Below, one piece after another: positions 39,151 through 52,321 of a stretch of 64,000 bases of DNA (position 1 is the stretch's first letter; the number at the start of each line of letters is the position of its first letter). The notes under the pieces are model-generated. The model saw only the letters and a list, made by a program, of their open reading frames with translations. It had not been told where the DNA came from and searched no databases. Origin of the DNA: Chara braunii (Eukaryota; Plantae; Charophyceae); assembly GCA_003427395.1 (NCBI GenBank), contig BFEA01000014.1, positions 527,883 to 591,882 on the forward strand, given 5' to 3'. The position numbers and the translations under genes are program-made.

Positions 39151-40308
39151 ATAAAACAAAAAGCGATTTGAAAAAGCAAGACAGACAAAAAAAATAAAAA
39201 AGATAGGCGCAAGCCTACAGCTCACCCAACCTACAACCAGTCCATCTCAAAAGCAAAGATAAAGACAAGCCTACTACTAGCCCTTCCCAAAAAACTTGTG
39301 AATTATCCCCTCAAGACCCATGTTCTTACTCCTAGGGAATAAGGTCTGGCTCTAGTACTCTCGACTCACGACTTTTCGTGAGTCCAGCCTGGCGAAGGTG
39401 GGCGTGGGACCGTGGGTGGACTTGTCGGGTGGTTATAGGGCCTGGCTCCACAACTCTCGATTCACGACCTTTTGTTACTACGGCCTGCCTCCACCTACTC
39501 ACGAAAAAGAACCTTTTTTTTTTCCTTTTTTTTTCCAAATACATTGTCAGTGGGGATGGTGGGGGCGCTGATAAGAGCAGACGCCCCTCCAATTCCGCAT
39601 CATGGTGGCTCCGTTCCACTGGTGGGGAGATGCACCCGCTCGAAATTGGGTCAATCGTCCCTGAACATTCACTGCAGGAAGAGGCCTGACACAAAGGCTT
39701 AAAAAAAAAATAAAAGAAGGAAGTCATGGCTATAGTAGTTTAAATTATAGGACCTGGTTGTAATTAAGGAGCATCATTGATTGCTCAGCCACACAGCCCT
39801 TCTCGAGTCTTGCACCCTAAACGGTTCCTACAGGTCCCTGCCACATGGCAGAATTGCAATCAGCAACCACCCTTCCTTCGAGGGCAAACTCCCCTGGCCC
39901 CCTCTTGATAAAAAGGGTGACCGCCTTCAGATATCACCATTGAGCTGAGCGACCCCAGGCGATTCATATTGGACTGGCTCCCCTTACTCACAAAAAAGAC
40001 CGACCCCATCACAGGGCTCATCGTAAAGACTCTCTAAATTCAAGCAGAGAGCTGCCAGACTTTTCTCTCAATTTGAACTCTCGAGGGTTCGAGAGTCCCC
40101 AGCCTGCAAACTCTTGAATTTGAAGCATGCTCGGCTGTGCTCCTCGAACCGCCTCGAAATTGGAGTGTTCACCTCGAGTCTGAGTACACAAACAAGGTTG
40201 GGGTGCCGGATAGTGATGTCCTTTAGTAATGTGGAAGTTAGAGTGTGTCGGGTTATAGAATAAGTGGAGCAAGGTTGCGAATTTTGATAGTGTGGAGGGT
40301 CTGAGAGC

Positions 40309-40830
40309 AAGTGGACCATGAAAAAGAAGAAGGTGAAGGGTTTAAGGTCGGACATCGATTACATCGACAATGACAAGCTAAGCAGGAAGGAGGTCGTTTA
40401 CAATGTTCCCATTGATGCCCCAACGTGGAAAGGGAAAAAAAAGAAAGAATTGGGCGACTAGTTTGTCCAGGTCACGGAACCCGACATGCATTGCTGGAAA
40501 ATGATGGAGTCCCTGATCGACAATTAAAAATGTCGAATCCTGAAGAAGTTCATCAATTGCGAGGTCAATTGGGTTCAATCGGGCACGAGTTCGTTGTCCA
40601 AGCAAGAGAAGCTGGGAATACAAGAAACGGTGCAATTGGTCAAGTGCGATCGTGTGCTGGTGCACTTGTGCAACTTTTATCAGTTCAAGCACAATTAGAA
40701 ACTCGATTTGAAGTGGAATCATCATTACCCTTTCACAAGAACAGGGCTTCGATCTTCAAAGAGTACGAGAGGCTTGGATTGGACGCTCAGTTGTGGGACA
40801 GGAGCAAGAAACACATTGCGATTCAAGACT
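40309..40830 (+). pseudogene. Relic of a divergent paralog of the large ParB/MTase-like protein at 53.5-58.6 kb
   Basis: Manual translation (CWKMMESLIDN*KCRILKKF...LVKCDRVLVHLCNFYQFKHN*KLDLKW...IFKEYERLGLDAQLWDRSKK) aligns by eye with YFKNFGDLTCREREVALLL...IMRKERYMVRMFNYVVFRAEGRADDEW...LEDRYGPNGLCAAEWEKERD. Confidence 0.6.
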
Positions 40831-40927
40831 GCTTAAGGACTGTCCGTCGTACACGGGCTGCGAGGTCGACAGGACTGTAGAGGACATTGAAAAGCTCGCG
40901 AATCAAAAGAAGTTGTCCCCTACCTGA

Positions 40928-41435
<508 letters not shown>

Positions 41436-42053
41436 GATAGATCAACTGCTCAATTTGCAGAAATTTTACACAGTGAAAGTCTTTTTCTTGAAACTTTAAC
41501 TCAAGTACCCCTAGTCATATTGCAAACTTACTAGGCCCCGAAATAATTTTTGGCGGGGGCCGAACACCGTCGGGTTCGGACCCCGTACGGGACCCCGAAC
41601 GCCCGTACGTACGGAGGTCTGCCCGGGGACCTCCGTACGTACGGGCTGGTGACCCTGGTCACAAATATATATACTGGGCTACCAGTCGGGCCCCCCGGGT
41701 CCCGGGTGGCCAGCCCGTGCAAGGACCAAAGAGGGTCCCAGTAAAAAAAAAAAAAACAAAAAAAAAAAATTCAAAATATCCGGAAAAAAACTATGTTATG
41801 CAGAAAATTAAACTGAACAACTTTTGGCTCAGGGTCACATCGCAATTCTTCACCAAATTTAAAATAAAAAATAAATTTTAAAATAATTAATTTTATTTTT
41901 ATTTTATTTTATGTTTTTGGCCCGGCCGGGCAAGTGACCCCGGGCCACTCTGGTAGCCTATTTTATGTTCCATCTGGTGTGGGTGAGTGATAGTCTACTT
42001 TGATTTTGGTTAAGGTGGATTATCACTTACAGTGTAATCAGTGAGGGGATTCT

Positions 42054-42112
42054 ACAGACTGTTAGGGTTCAGCCTCCTGATGAGTCGGTGAAACTCCGAC
42101 GAAACAGTTTGT
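42054..42112 (+). ncRNA. Type III hammerhead ribozyme motif (slightly decayed)
   Basis: Stem III acagactgt/acagtttgt; triplet GUU at 42061-63; short stem I; CUGAUGA 42077-83; stem II gtcgg/ccgac; GAAA 42101-04. Confidence 0.85.
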
Positions 42113-42174
42113 CACAGCCCCTCGTTTGTTGTCCTCTTCTCCCTCTCTGCCTACGGTTTACCGGGCAGTTCTAT

Positions 42175-42222
<48 letters not shown>

Positions 42223-42339
42223 TACGAAAAAAAATTATGTTCGCCCGAACATGTTCGCGAGCTGTTCGCGCAAACGGGCGAACACGTTCGTGCGAACATG
42301 AAGGAGCGCGAACACGTTCCCCGTGCTACACAGGTATAC

Positions 42340-45210
42340 CCCTAATTATAGAAGGTGATTTTAACGCCACCCCCGAGAAGAGACTCGATAGGTGGAACCC
42401 CAGGAGTCCCTTGTTTTTGCCGCGAGTGAAGACGAGAAAACGATAGTTGAACTTTGTGAGACCCTCTCATTCTTCAATACCTTCCGCCGACTGCACCTTC
42501 AAGCCAGGTCTTTCACATGCATAAGGGACAGTGACCCGGCGCGGTTATCCAAATCTCGAATCGATCTGATTTTTCTTTCAAATGACCAAGAAAGCGCCTT
42601 GCGCTGGTCACTAATCCTCCCACGTAGCTCGTATCCAGGGCTAGACCACAAGACTTGCGGGATCATACTGACAATGAGGAAACGACCTGATCAAGGGCCC
42701 AGAATCTACAAGTTTAACACTTCTCTACTCAACGACATATCCTTCCAACAAATAATTCGGCATGAATGACTCTTTTGGCGTCAACAAAAACATATTTTCG
42801 ACTCACACTCCGCATGGTTTAATAATGGTCTGATTTTTCTGGCCAGGAAGTGCAAGGAATTCTCTAAAAGCTAAGGCGGCGATACGACAACAACATGAAA
42901 TGTCCATACACAAAGAATTGATAGCCCTGGAATGTCAGGCAGAGTCACAGCATCTCACCTCCTCCATACAAAGAATACAAAGAATTAAAGACCAACTCCT
43001 ACAATACGCACTACACAGATGGCAAGGAATTAGAATACGAGGGAAAATGGTCAGATTCACCTAGGAGGTCACGATCGATACCCACTTTTTCTCAATCGCC
43101 ACAGCACAAGCACGACGGACTGTTATTGAAGCACTGTTTGACCTAAATGATGAGAATATCATAGCCACCCACACCGCCCACAACACACTTATCACGAGAA
43201 AATTCTTTAAACAGTTATATACCTCTCAAATCTCACCCTCACAAGAGAAAGGGAGAGAAAAAGCATTAGAAGAATTCCTGGTGCCAATGGACGGACACCT
43301 TTCCCCACACCAGCGAGATAAACTAAAGGAACCAATGACCAAGGACGAAGTGTGGTCTGCACTCCTCCAAATGAAAGAGGAAAAAACCTCAGGCATTGAT
43401 GGATTTCCTAAGGAATTCTGGGAAGTAATGTGGACTGACTTAAGTGGGGATTTATGGGACTATTACCAAGAGGTATGGGAAGCTGGGGAAATGGGAGAAA
43501 CAGTAGGAAAGGGCATACTGACACTACTATACAAAAAATGGGACAAAATGAATATAAAAAATTATAGACCCATCACGCTCTTTACAGTGGTTTACAAAAT
43601 GCTTTCGAAAGCGCTAACAAATCGCATGGCGGCTGTCTTGGAAGATATCATACATCCGGCCCAAACAGGGTTCATAGCCAGCAGGAACATACAGGAAAAT
43701 ATCCTGTTGGTTAACGACGTGGTCCAATTGGCACAAAGAAATCGGTCAAATGCAGCGATTATATTTATTGACTTTGAGAAGGCCTATGATCACGTCAATT
43801 GGAACTTTTTAGACAAATGTTTAGAAAAAATGAACTTTGGTCCCGTTTTCCGGCGTTGGGTGAGAATTCTCCACGAAAATGCTACCACCTGCATGCAAGT
43901 CAATGGTTCGGTGGCACCCCCATTTGAACTTCAGCGGTCAGTGAGACGAAGGGATCCCATTGCCCCCTATCTCTTCTTGGTCATAATGGAGGCATTGTCG
44001 GTCAACCTGAGACACAATAAAGAACTTACATGGATCAAGATTACTGATATCCTAGAGGAGGCAATTCCTATCTGTTATCTTTTTGCAGACGACCTCATTA
44101 TAATGGTGGAAGCAACGGACTCCAACATGAAAGAAATCTATAATCTTATGAGCCGTTTCTGCAAAATGTCGAACATGACCGTCAACCTGGGACAAAAGAC
44201 CATAGTATGGTGGTTACACCACCAAGGGGGAAGGCCACCCGAAAGCCCGCGAGTCACCTGACTCCCCCCTGAAGAGCCTCTTAGGATTTTTGGGGCCCTA
44301 GTTACGGCTAAGGGTGAACCAGTGACCAATGATAAGTGGCTGACACGACCGACACAGGCCAAACTTCAAACTTGGAACAACAAACACACCTCCATTTTTG
44401 GGCGGGCTCTGATAATTAAGGATGTAGTACTCGCTACACTCTGGTATAAGGCCATTCTATGGTCCATGAGCAATGGAGGGTTCAAAACATTGAAGCAGCA
44501 GTTGGCGGTCTTTCTGTGGAGAGGGGATAGTAACAGCCCGCACGCCATCAGCCGAGTAGCATGGGAATCGGTGATTCAGCCTAAGGTCATAGGAGGGTTG
44601 GGGATTGTGGACCCGGCCACACAGTTCCAGGCCCTCACGGTTCGCTGGCTCCAACACATTATCTTCTCATCAACCTCTTCATGGGTCCCCGTAGCCCTAG
44701 CGCAAATTGCAGCCCTGGCCCCATAAGTTCCGCCTCAAATCGACCCCCTGGTATGGCTCGAAGACAGATATTGGAAGCTACCTAGGAAATATCGGAATGG
44801 GGATCCCACAGATAAACAATGGTTGCACCTCCTGCGTACATGGAGGAAGTTCCCCCGCCCCGACCGACAGACACCAGACAGATGAGAGGAGATCTTCAGA
44901 CAACCCTTGTTCGAAAATCGACTTATTACAGACTCACTGGGCTACGTGAGGTGTAGTTCGGATTCCCCATGGAAGGGTTGGGTGAAACACGGGGTCCGGA
45001 GGGTAGGGGACCTTTGGGACACGGAGGCAAGGCGGTGGAAAAACACAGATTGTGAAAGAATGCAAACATGGCTGCGGTACTTTCACTTCACAGAACCAGC
45101 CCTGGAAGAACTCATCGAAAGCTTCCCCCTTCATTGGTACATCACCCTCCGAAAAGGCCCTTGCCTAAAAGAAGGGGACTGGGTAGGACTGCCCAAACAT
45201 GATAAGCAAG
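42340..45210 (+). mobile_element. Decayed L1-clade LINE (APE C-terminal part and RT), 3' end cut by a SINE-like element
   Basis: IIEGDFN, SRIDLIFL and LDHK (APE); GIDGFPKEFW, NYRPITL, DFEKAYD and LFADDL (RT). Confidence 0.92.
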
Positions 45211-46362
45211 TGGGGCACGTCCAGCACTGTGATGTCAGACTCAATGGTGAAAAAGAGAAAGATGTATCTAAGGGAAGCTGGACCCGGTTTCCAGCAGGTG
45301 AGGCTCCCCACCAATAGATGGAGCGGCCCACCAGACAAAGCCTCAATCCCGGTGGTTCTCTTACCACCACTGGGATAGAGGTTTTGCACAGCCTCTAAAA
45401 AAAAAAAAAAAAAAAAACCGAGTGGGCGAGGACTGTGGGTGACTGCCATCCGTCTAGTATCCCACCTCTACAACAACCTGGGCTTTATATAAATAAATAA
45501 AAATTGCAAGGGGCTAGGTGTACCCGTAGGCTGCAGCCCCGGAGATGGAGGGTCTCAAAGTGGAAGGTCCCCAGGCTTTGGGCCTCCCTCCACTACTCAC
45601 CAAATGGGCAACATGAGAATGAGCATTGAATCTTCCGCTAGAAAACAGAAAGATTCACCGCCATATTTTTTGTCTTTTCCGCATTTGGTGAGTATTGGAG
45701 CGAGGCCCTTTGCCTATAAGCTAAGCTGGATAACGCTTCCAGATTTCTTCCCGGTGTAACGTTTTTTTTTTTTTTTTTTTTTTTTGCCGAGCCTGACTTT
45801 CACAGCGCACCTAGTTTTGCCGAGCCGGGGCAGTTTCAGCCAAGACTGTTTTCGGGGGGGGGGGGGGGCACACCGCACAAAAAAAAAAAAAGCCAAAAAC
45901 ATTTCAGCCAAGAAGGAACAAGCGGGAAAAAAAAAGGGGCGAGGTCCCATTAGCAGTCGGATAGGAGTGTGGCCAATCCAGTGTGACAGCAGCCCAAGGC
46001 GGCCAGATTAAATAAATAGGAATTTCTGGGCTGGGGAAATGGGGGGAAGAAAAAGAAAAAGAAAAAAAAAAGAAACATCCCAAATGCCTCGATAACCACC
46101 AGATACATTCTATGAGGTGATAGTGTGATCGTGCCCTCAGTGAGGGCGTGTAGGCTCCCTTACACTGTGATTGAGGACGGATACAAATGCTACAGCATTG
46201 AGACAGTTATGTGCCACCCATGAAATACGTCCTGGCTGGCTGGCACGGCACTAAAACGACATGGGAACAAAATCAAAACAAAACTGTTATACCGCGTCAA
46301 ACGCGGGGACGCAGCCATTCGGGTACCATGCTTTATGTTCTAGACAGTAAGCTTGGCAAAGG

Positions 46363-46614
46363 TTTTATGAAGTGGGGGATGGGCAGCCTTCTGGATGGTA
46401 GTGTCCAAAGCCAACGCTCTCCCACACACCACACGCAACCGACTCACACGCGCGCTCACACCCGTGTTGGCTGAAGACCTTACTGATACGGACTGGGAGG
46501 ATCCAGCTCACTATCTCAGTAGAATGGCACCAAGAGTTCCAAAGGAGGCCATGGGGATTAAACCCACAACCTCCTGAATGCCACTTGCATGCCTAACCAA
46601 TTGAGCTAGGACGC
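46363..46614 (-). mobile_element. Second tRNA-derived SINE family
   Basis: Minus strand gcgtcctagctcaattggttagg (A-box) ... gtgggtttaatcccc (B-box-like), followed by a non-tRNA body. Confidence 0.6.
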
Positions 46615-47691
46615 TGGATGGACCCCAGATTCTTTTTTGAAAAGCTATACTCTTCTCTCAATTTCACCTCACACTACCTACCTACCACTACTCCTAATTG
46701 TAGGCATACGGGGAACCCCATAGCAGCCAGAACCGTGTTCACGAGAGAACATGCGGGGGCTGCTCCCGACCTGCAGGTGGGCGATACCGGCTAGGGGACA
46801 GCCGGTAGCATCAGGNNNNNNNNNNNNNNNNNNNNNNNNNNNNNNNNNNNNNNNNNNNNNNNNNNNNNNNNNNNNNNNNNNNNNNNNNNNNNNNNNNNNN
46901 NNNNNNNNNNNNNNNNNNNNNNNNNNNNNNNNNNNNNNNNNNNNNNNNNNNNNNNNNNNNNNNNNNNNNNNNNNNNNNNNNNNNNNNNNNNNNNNNNNNN
47001 NNNNNNNNNNNNNNNGTGCATCTACCTTTGCTCGACTGGAAGATTCATGCTCATGTTGCACATTTGGTCAGTACTGGAGCAACCCCCTCTATCTCAACAG
47101 CTCTCGGGGCAAAGGTAAGTGCGTTTTTCCTTCTTTTTTTCCCGAAAGTCTATACATTTTGTTTTTCTTTTTTTTTTTTTCTTTTTTTTTTTGTATTCTT
47201 CTCTCAATCTTCGTTTGCATATATTCTATCTCATCCTCTTGCTACTCTATGTATAGTACGGGGGAACACCAACCAAACCTGGAACTCTCCCCAGCCCACG
47301 GGGTAGGTTTGCACCACAGCAGTGGTGCGAGAGCAAGGCTTGTATCAGCCCCTCATCACGATGATGCAGGGTGATCAGGCATTGCCGACGGGGGAAACCG
47401 GCGACGCTAGTGCCGAGCAGCTTTGGCCAGTCACTTGCACCTCCCCCTACCCCCCTCCAACCCCACATTAGCGGTGTCTAATGACGAATATCATTGCTGC
47501 ATAGCAGCCAACAATATTTGGCCAAGGTCCTGCCAATGCTGGCTTGGAGAGCCAATGGGTTATCTCTAGCTGGTAAGCCCTGCCAACGAGGCAGGGCAGT
47601 CCGTTCTATTTCATTACTTGGGTGTAGTAAACAGCAGAATGCTTCCATACTGTATTTCTTGGAAGATGCAGTAGAAGAGAAGAAAAAACAA

Positions 47692-48402
47692 GGGGTAACT
47701 TCGGCGCAGTCACGAAACAGTTTGTAATTGCATTTGAAACAGTTACTGCGTTTTAGCAGTTTAGTCAGGGCCCGAGTTTCAATTGCAGTTGAAACTCGGG
47801 CTGCCTTTAGGTAGCAGTTCACTCAGGGCCCTCATCTATCCACGAACAGCAGATAAAGAAAAAAAAAAAAAAAAACATCCCTTATGCTGTGATTGCGGTC
47901 CGATACAGGATGCTACAGTACTTGTCTGGAACTGAATGAAGCAAGGCAGTAGCTGCTGCCTCGCATGGAATCCGCCCTGCCTGGCTGGCAGGGCGCGACA
48001 AGGAACTCACAACAAGAAACAAAAAAGGAAAATGACCTGTTTCATGTTCCTCACTTCCTGGCCAGATTCATTCCTCAAAGCACTGGTGACGTGAGGGCCT
48101 TCCCGACGTAGGTGGATTTGAAGTTCCTCGTTTCTTTACTTTTTTATTTCTTCCTTTTCTTTTTTCTTTTTTTGGCCTCCATCCCTGCCCCGAGCCCCCC
48201 ACTTCTTCGGAGTAGGCTACTCTTGAGACTTCACGTTTGCCTGTGAAGGGTAGTGCCTGCAAATCTCAGCTGTGGCCGAGACATCTCGGCCGTGGCCAGT
48301 CTGGGGTGTGACCGAGACATCTCGGCCATGGCCAGTCTGGGGTGTGGCCGAGACATCTCGGTCGTGGCCCAACTATGGGGAAGGTTTTTTTTTTTTTTTT
48401 TN

Positions 48403-48458
<56 letters not shown>

Positions 48459-49274
48459 TCACTCACTCACTCAGAATCAATCAATCAATCGATCAATCAA
48501 TCACTCAATCAATCAATCAAAACCCTTTTTTTGAGTTTTTTGTTTATTTATTTTTAAATTTCGCATCTTTGTTTTTTTTAAAACACCTTATTTCCCTTCA
48601 AAAAAAAACAAATCCAATTCTAAAATAACTACAGGGTACTCAGTGACCATATATCTCATGATAAAAAATGTCAAAAAAAAAATCCAGCTTTTCTTTATAT
48701 ATATTTTTCTAATTATGTTTAAATCGATTTTTGTTTCTGATTTTTTAAAAATCCTGAACAACGTCGGATTCCAAAACAAAAAATATAGGGGTGTAGGGTT
48801 TTCGAAGCCCTACACCCCCATTCTTGTTTTTGTTTTTTTTGAGTATTTTTAGGGGGGGGGGGAAATATTTAAAAAAACAGGCCGCGGACCGGGCCTTGTT
48901 GGCCGCGGCCGCGGCCAGGATTTTCGGCCGCAGCGACCGAAATGCCCGCAGCCACGACTGCGGGTGTCACATAGGGCCCAACCAATCTCGGGTGTGGCCA
49001 ATCTGGGGCTTGGTGGGTTGTGGCCCAACCAATCTCGGGTGTGGCCAATCTGGGGCGTGGTGCGGTGCGTGACCGGAAAAAAAAAAAAAAAAAAAAAAAA
49101 AGGAGAAAGAAACGGCCATGTGCCTGACTGAACTGCTAGAAAAAGCCAGCCCGAGTTTCAAACTGCTAAAATGCAATTTCAAATGCAATTGAAACTTGGA
49201 CCCTGACTAAACTACTAAAACGCAGTTTCAAATGCAATAACAAACTGTAACCCTGACTGCGCCGTAGGTTTCTC
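47692..49274. mobile_element. Non-autonomous MULE-like element, same family as 10951-13867
   Basis: Termini ggggtaacttcggcgcagtca / tgactgcgccgtaggtttctc; ~140-bp inverted arms; perfect 9-bp TSD aaaaaacaa. Confidence 0.88.
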
Positions 49275-51199
49275 AAAAAACAAAAGGGGAATCGACCCAG
49301 TCTGGGACCCAAATCGCCCGCCCACACCCATATCGCCCGCCACTAGTTTGCAACGGGAAAAAACTCTACCCCTCAAAAGGGAAACAATGGACGGCGCCCT
49401 ATACTAAATTGCAATGACCTTGACAAGCTAACCTGCCCTATGACCGGTCTTAGGGACGACTGCGACCGGACCCTATTTTCTGCTGTCGGAGACCCCAAAC
49501 GAACCCGTCCTAGCGAAGTTGTATTGCACGACCTTACCGAAAATAGAAAGAAATGAAACGACGAAAATGAAACCCATACAAGCGCAGCCTCGTGGCTGCG
49601 AACAAAAAAGCAAACCTGTTCCCCACATAGTGGCCAGATACATTCGTCAAAGGCCTTTGCAACTTAGACCCCCCCGTGAGGGCCTTCCCCAACATCCCTG
49701 GATTTGAAATTTTCGTTTTTTTTCTTATTTTTTCTTCTCTTTTTTTTCTTTTTTATTTTGTCGGCCTCCAACCTTGCCCCAAGCCCCGTGTTTTAAGGAG
49801 TAGGCTACTAGATGGACTTTGCATTTGCCTGTGAAGGTAGTGGTGGTTTAAAGGCTCCTTGGTCTAATGTAGAGAATCCCTGGGGCTCGGACCGACTAGA
49901 ACCGATTTACGCCTGTGCTCTTTGGTTTTCGACCACGTGTGGCCGTCCATGACAAACTTCAATCGTTGATCGTTTTCCCAACTTTTTCGTAACGACTGCT
50001 AGTGTCGATTGTCTTCCTTTTCGTGGAGGTAGCTGTCCATCAGCCAGTTGAAAATTTTTAAATTTATTTGTAGACCATTTAGTTGACCACTTTACGTTTG
50101 CAGGAAGCTTCAGTTCTATGGTTTTTCTAGGGGGGGGTGTTTTTGAAGTTTCGCGCCGTGATTTTTTTATGTGCAGAAATAGAGAATATTGAGATTTTCG
50201 TGTGCACTAACAGTTAAACGCGTCGTGGCAGACGGTGTCATTGTAGGCCAGTTGGTTTCCTTGCCTTTTCTCCGGCGCTAAGGCTTGAGAATGAGGGATA
50301 CACAGGCTGTATTGTCATGATGTCGATGTCAGACTTATTTTTTATTTTTATTTTTTTGTCCTTTTTTTTTTTAGCTTCATCTATTGGTGGGGAGCTGCAC
50401 CTGCTTGAAACCGGGTCCAACGTCCCTTGAGTACATGAATGATATGAATGATTTGAATGATATGAATGATATGAATGATATGAATGATATGAATAACCAC
50501 AAAGTTGGGCAGAGATGTGCCTCTTCACTCCATTGGGGTGCAAAATCAAACCAACATCAGCCTAGCACTATTCTCTTCTTATCAACCAAACAGCGATTTC
50601 GTCAAAACGGATATTTTATATTTTTTTAACGAAATTGAAATTGTTATTTTCATGCTGATTTTGGTGATTTTTTACATTTTGAGCACACCATTTTGGGTAG
50701 GTGCCGCGCATTTGTTTATAGTTTGTGCTCATATTAACCACAAGTTTTACATTGCTTTCTCACACATTTTGGGGGGTGTTACAATTTCATTCGCATTATG
50801 TGATGCTAGATGGGTCTTTATGATGGGTTTTATTGTACTCTTCTATCATATCAATGAACATTTACTATGTTTCGTAAAATAATATCAGTTGTTTTTCGTT
50901 TTTTATTGACAAATGCATTAAGACAAGATAAATATATTGAATATCATACTGAAAAATACATATGGCATGTCCAGTCAATGACAAAAAAAATTCATGGACA
51001 TCTAAAAAAGTTCGAGACATTTTGTTCCATCCTAGAATTACGAACAAAGTTATGTGAAAAATTTTTGAAATCCATATAAAAAAAAAATTTGGCTTCTTTA
51101 GACAAATACAAAGAAACATTGATGCGGAGTTTGGCTCATGTGACATATGATACATGTGCGCTGAAATATATGTACATAGAGAGACTTCATGTCTCTCTC

Positions 51200-51246
<47 letters not shown>

Positions 51247-51252
51247 ATCTAT

Positions 51253-51284
<32 letters not shown>

Positions 51285-51530
51285 TTATCTATCTATCTAT
51301 CTTTCTCTCAATCTTTGACTAGGATAATGTCTATGAAAGTTGTTGCCCTATACTTCATACACTCCTCTACACTACGAATATGTGCAGTCGTACATGATTG
51401 TACAAAAGGTGGAAATTCGCTTCGACATCATTTTCAAAAAACTAAAATCCGGCACATGACCGCACGTAAAACAATATGAGCACTCGTACAAGCGCATGAT
51501 CTACTCTATTGCCATCTCCGTTTACATGTG

Positions 51531-52221
51531 CTAAGGCACAAAATGTCTAGAAGTGCTACAGCAGCGCAAGTGAACCAGGTCGTTGCTCAGACCGTTGGCT
51601 CGGCGGAGTACACTCTTCGTAATGTTGAAGTTGGTGGTTAACTTGATTTTTTTTAATTTGCGGTTGACCCCCGTTATTTCTTCATTCTCTACGATGACTG
51701 TGGAGATAGAAGCAGTGATTGCAGTCCTTCGAGCAACGAATTCCAACATTGCATCCCGTGTGTGAATACAATATTGTTTAACGTGCTGCTTGTACGCTCG
51801 CACCATCGAGTCTCCTGCATCACTCTGCGGGATCTTTCGTCTCCATGTCTTCGTTGCACATATTGTAAGCCCTTCGTGATATTGCACAGCAACACATGCA
51901 ATGGTAGCGCTGCATTTCTCTGTCACCGGGGCAGTCACAAGGCCGTAACCGTAGAAGACCTCCTTGTATCTTGCGTTCCCGTCGTTCTTGTAATTATTAT
52001 TATTCTGACAGTCACACACCCCCACGAGGTTATAAATCTTTCTTCTTGCGCTTCGAGGATACAAGTGCAGTGACGGTTCGTAATATGCAAAATCCTACGT
52101 GACAAGTCCGATGGCGTTACGTTGTCTCCTCAGCCGGTCTGATATCAGTTCCCTCCATTTGATTGGTGTTCCCCACCAATCTTGTCTTAACTGCCTCTGC
52201 ATCCATTTCAGGTCCATACTG
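51531..52221 (-). CDS. Small, probably spliced gene of unknown function inside the TIR element (weak GNAT-like hints)
   Basis: 177-aa ORF 51531-52064 plus a putative upstream exon 52121-52221 (polypyrimidine-CAG acceptor, GTAACG donor) with compatible phase. Confidence 0.4.
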
Positions 52222-52321
52222 CATGAGAAAAAAAAAAAAAAAAACGGGAGAAAACAAAAACATAGGCATCTCTAACACAAACGAAGTACGGAACTGTGAC
52301 TGTGAGTTCACGAGTCATTGT

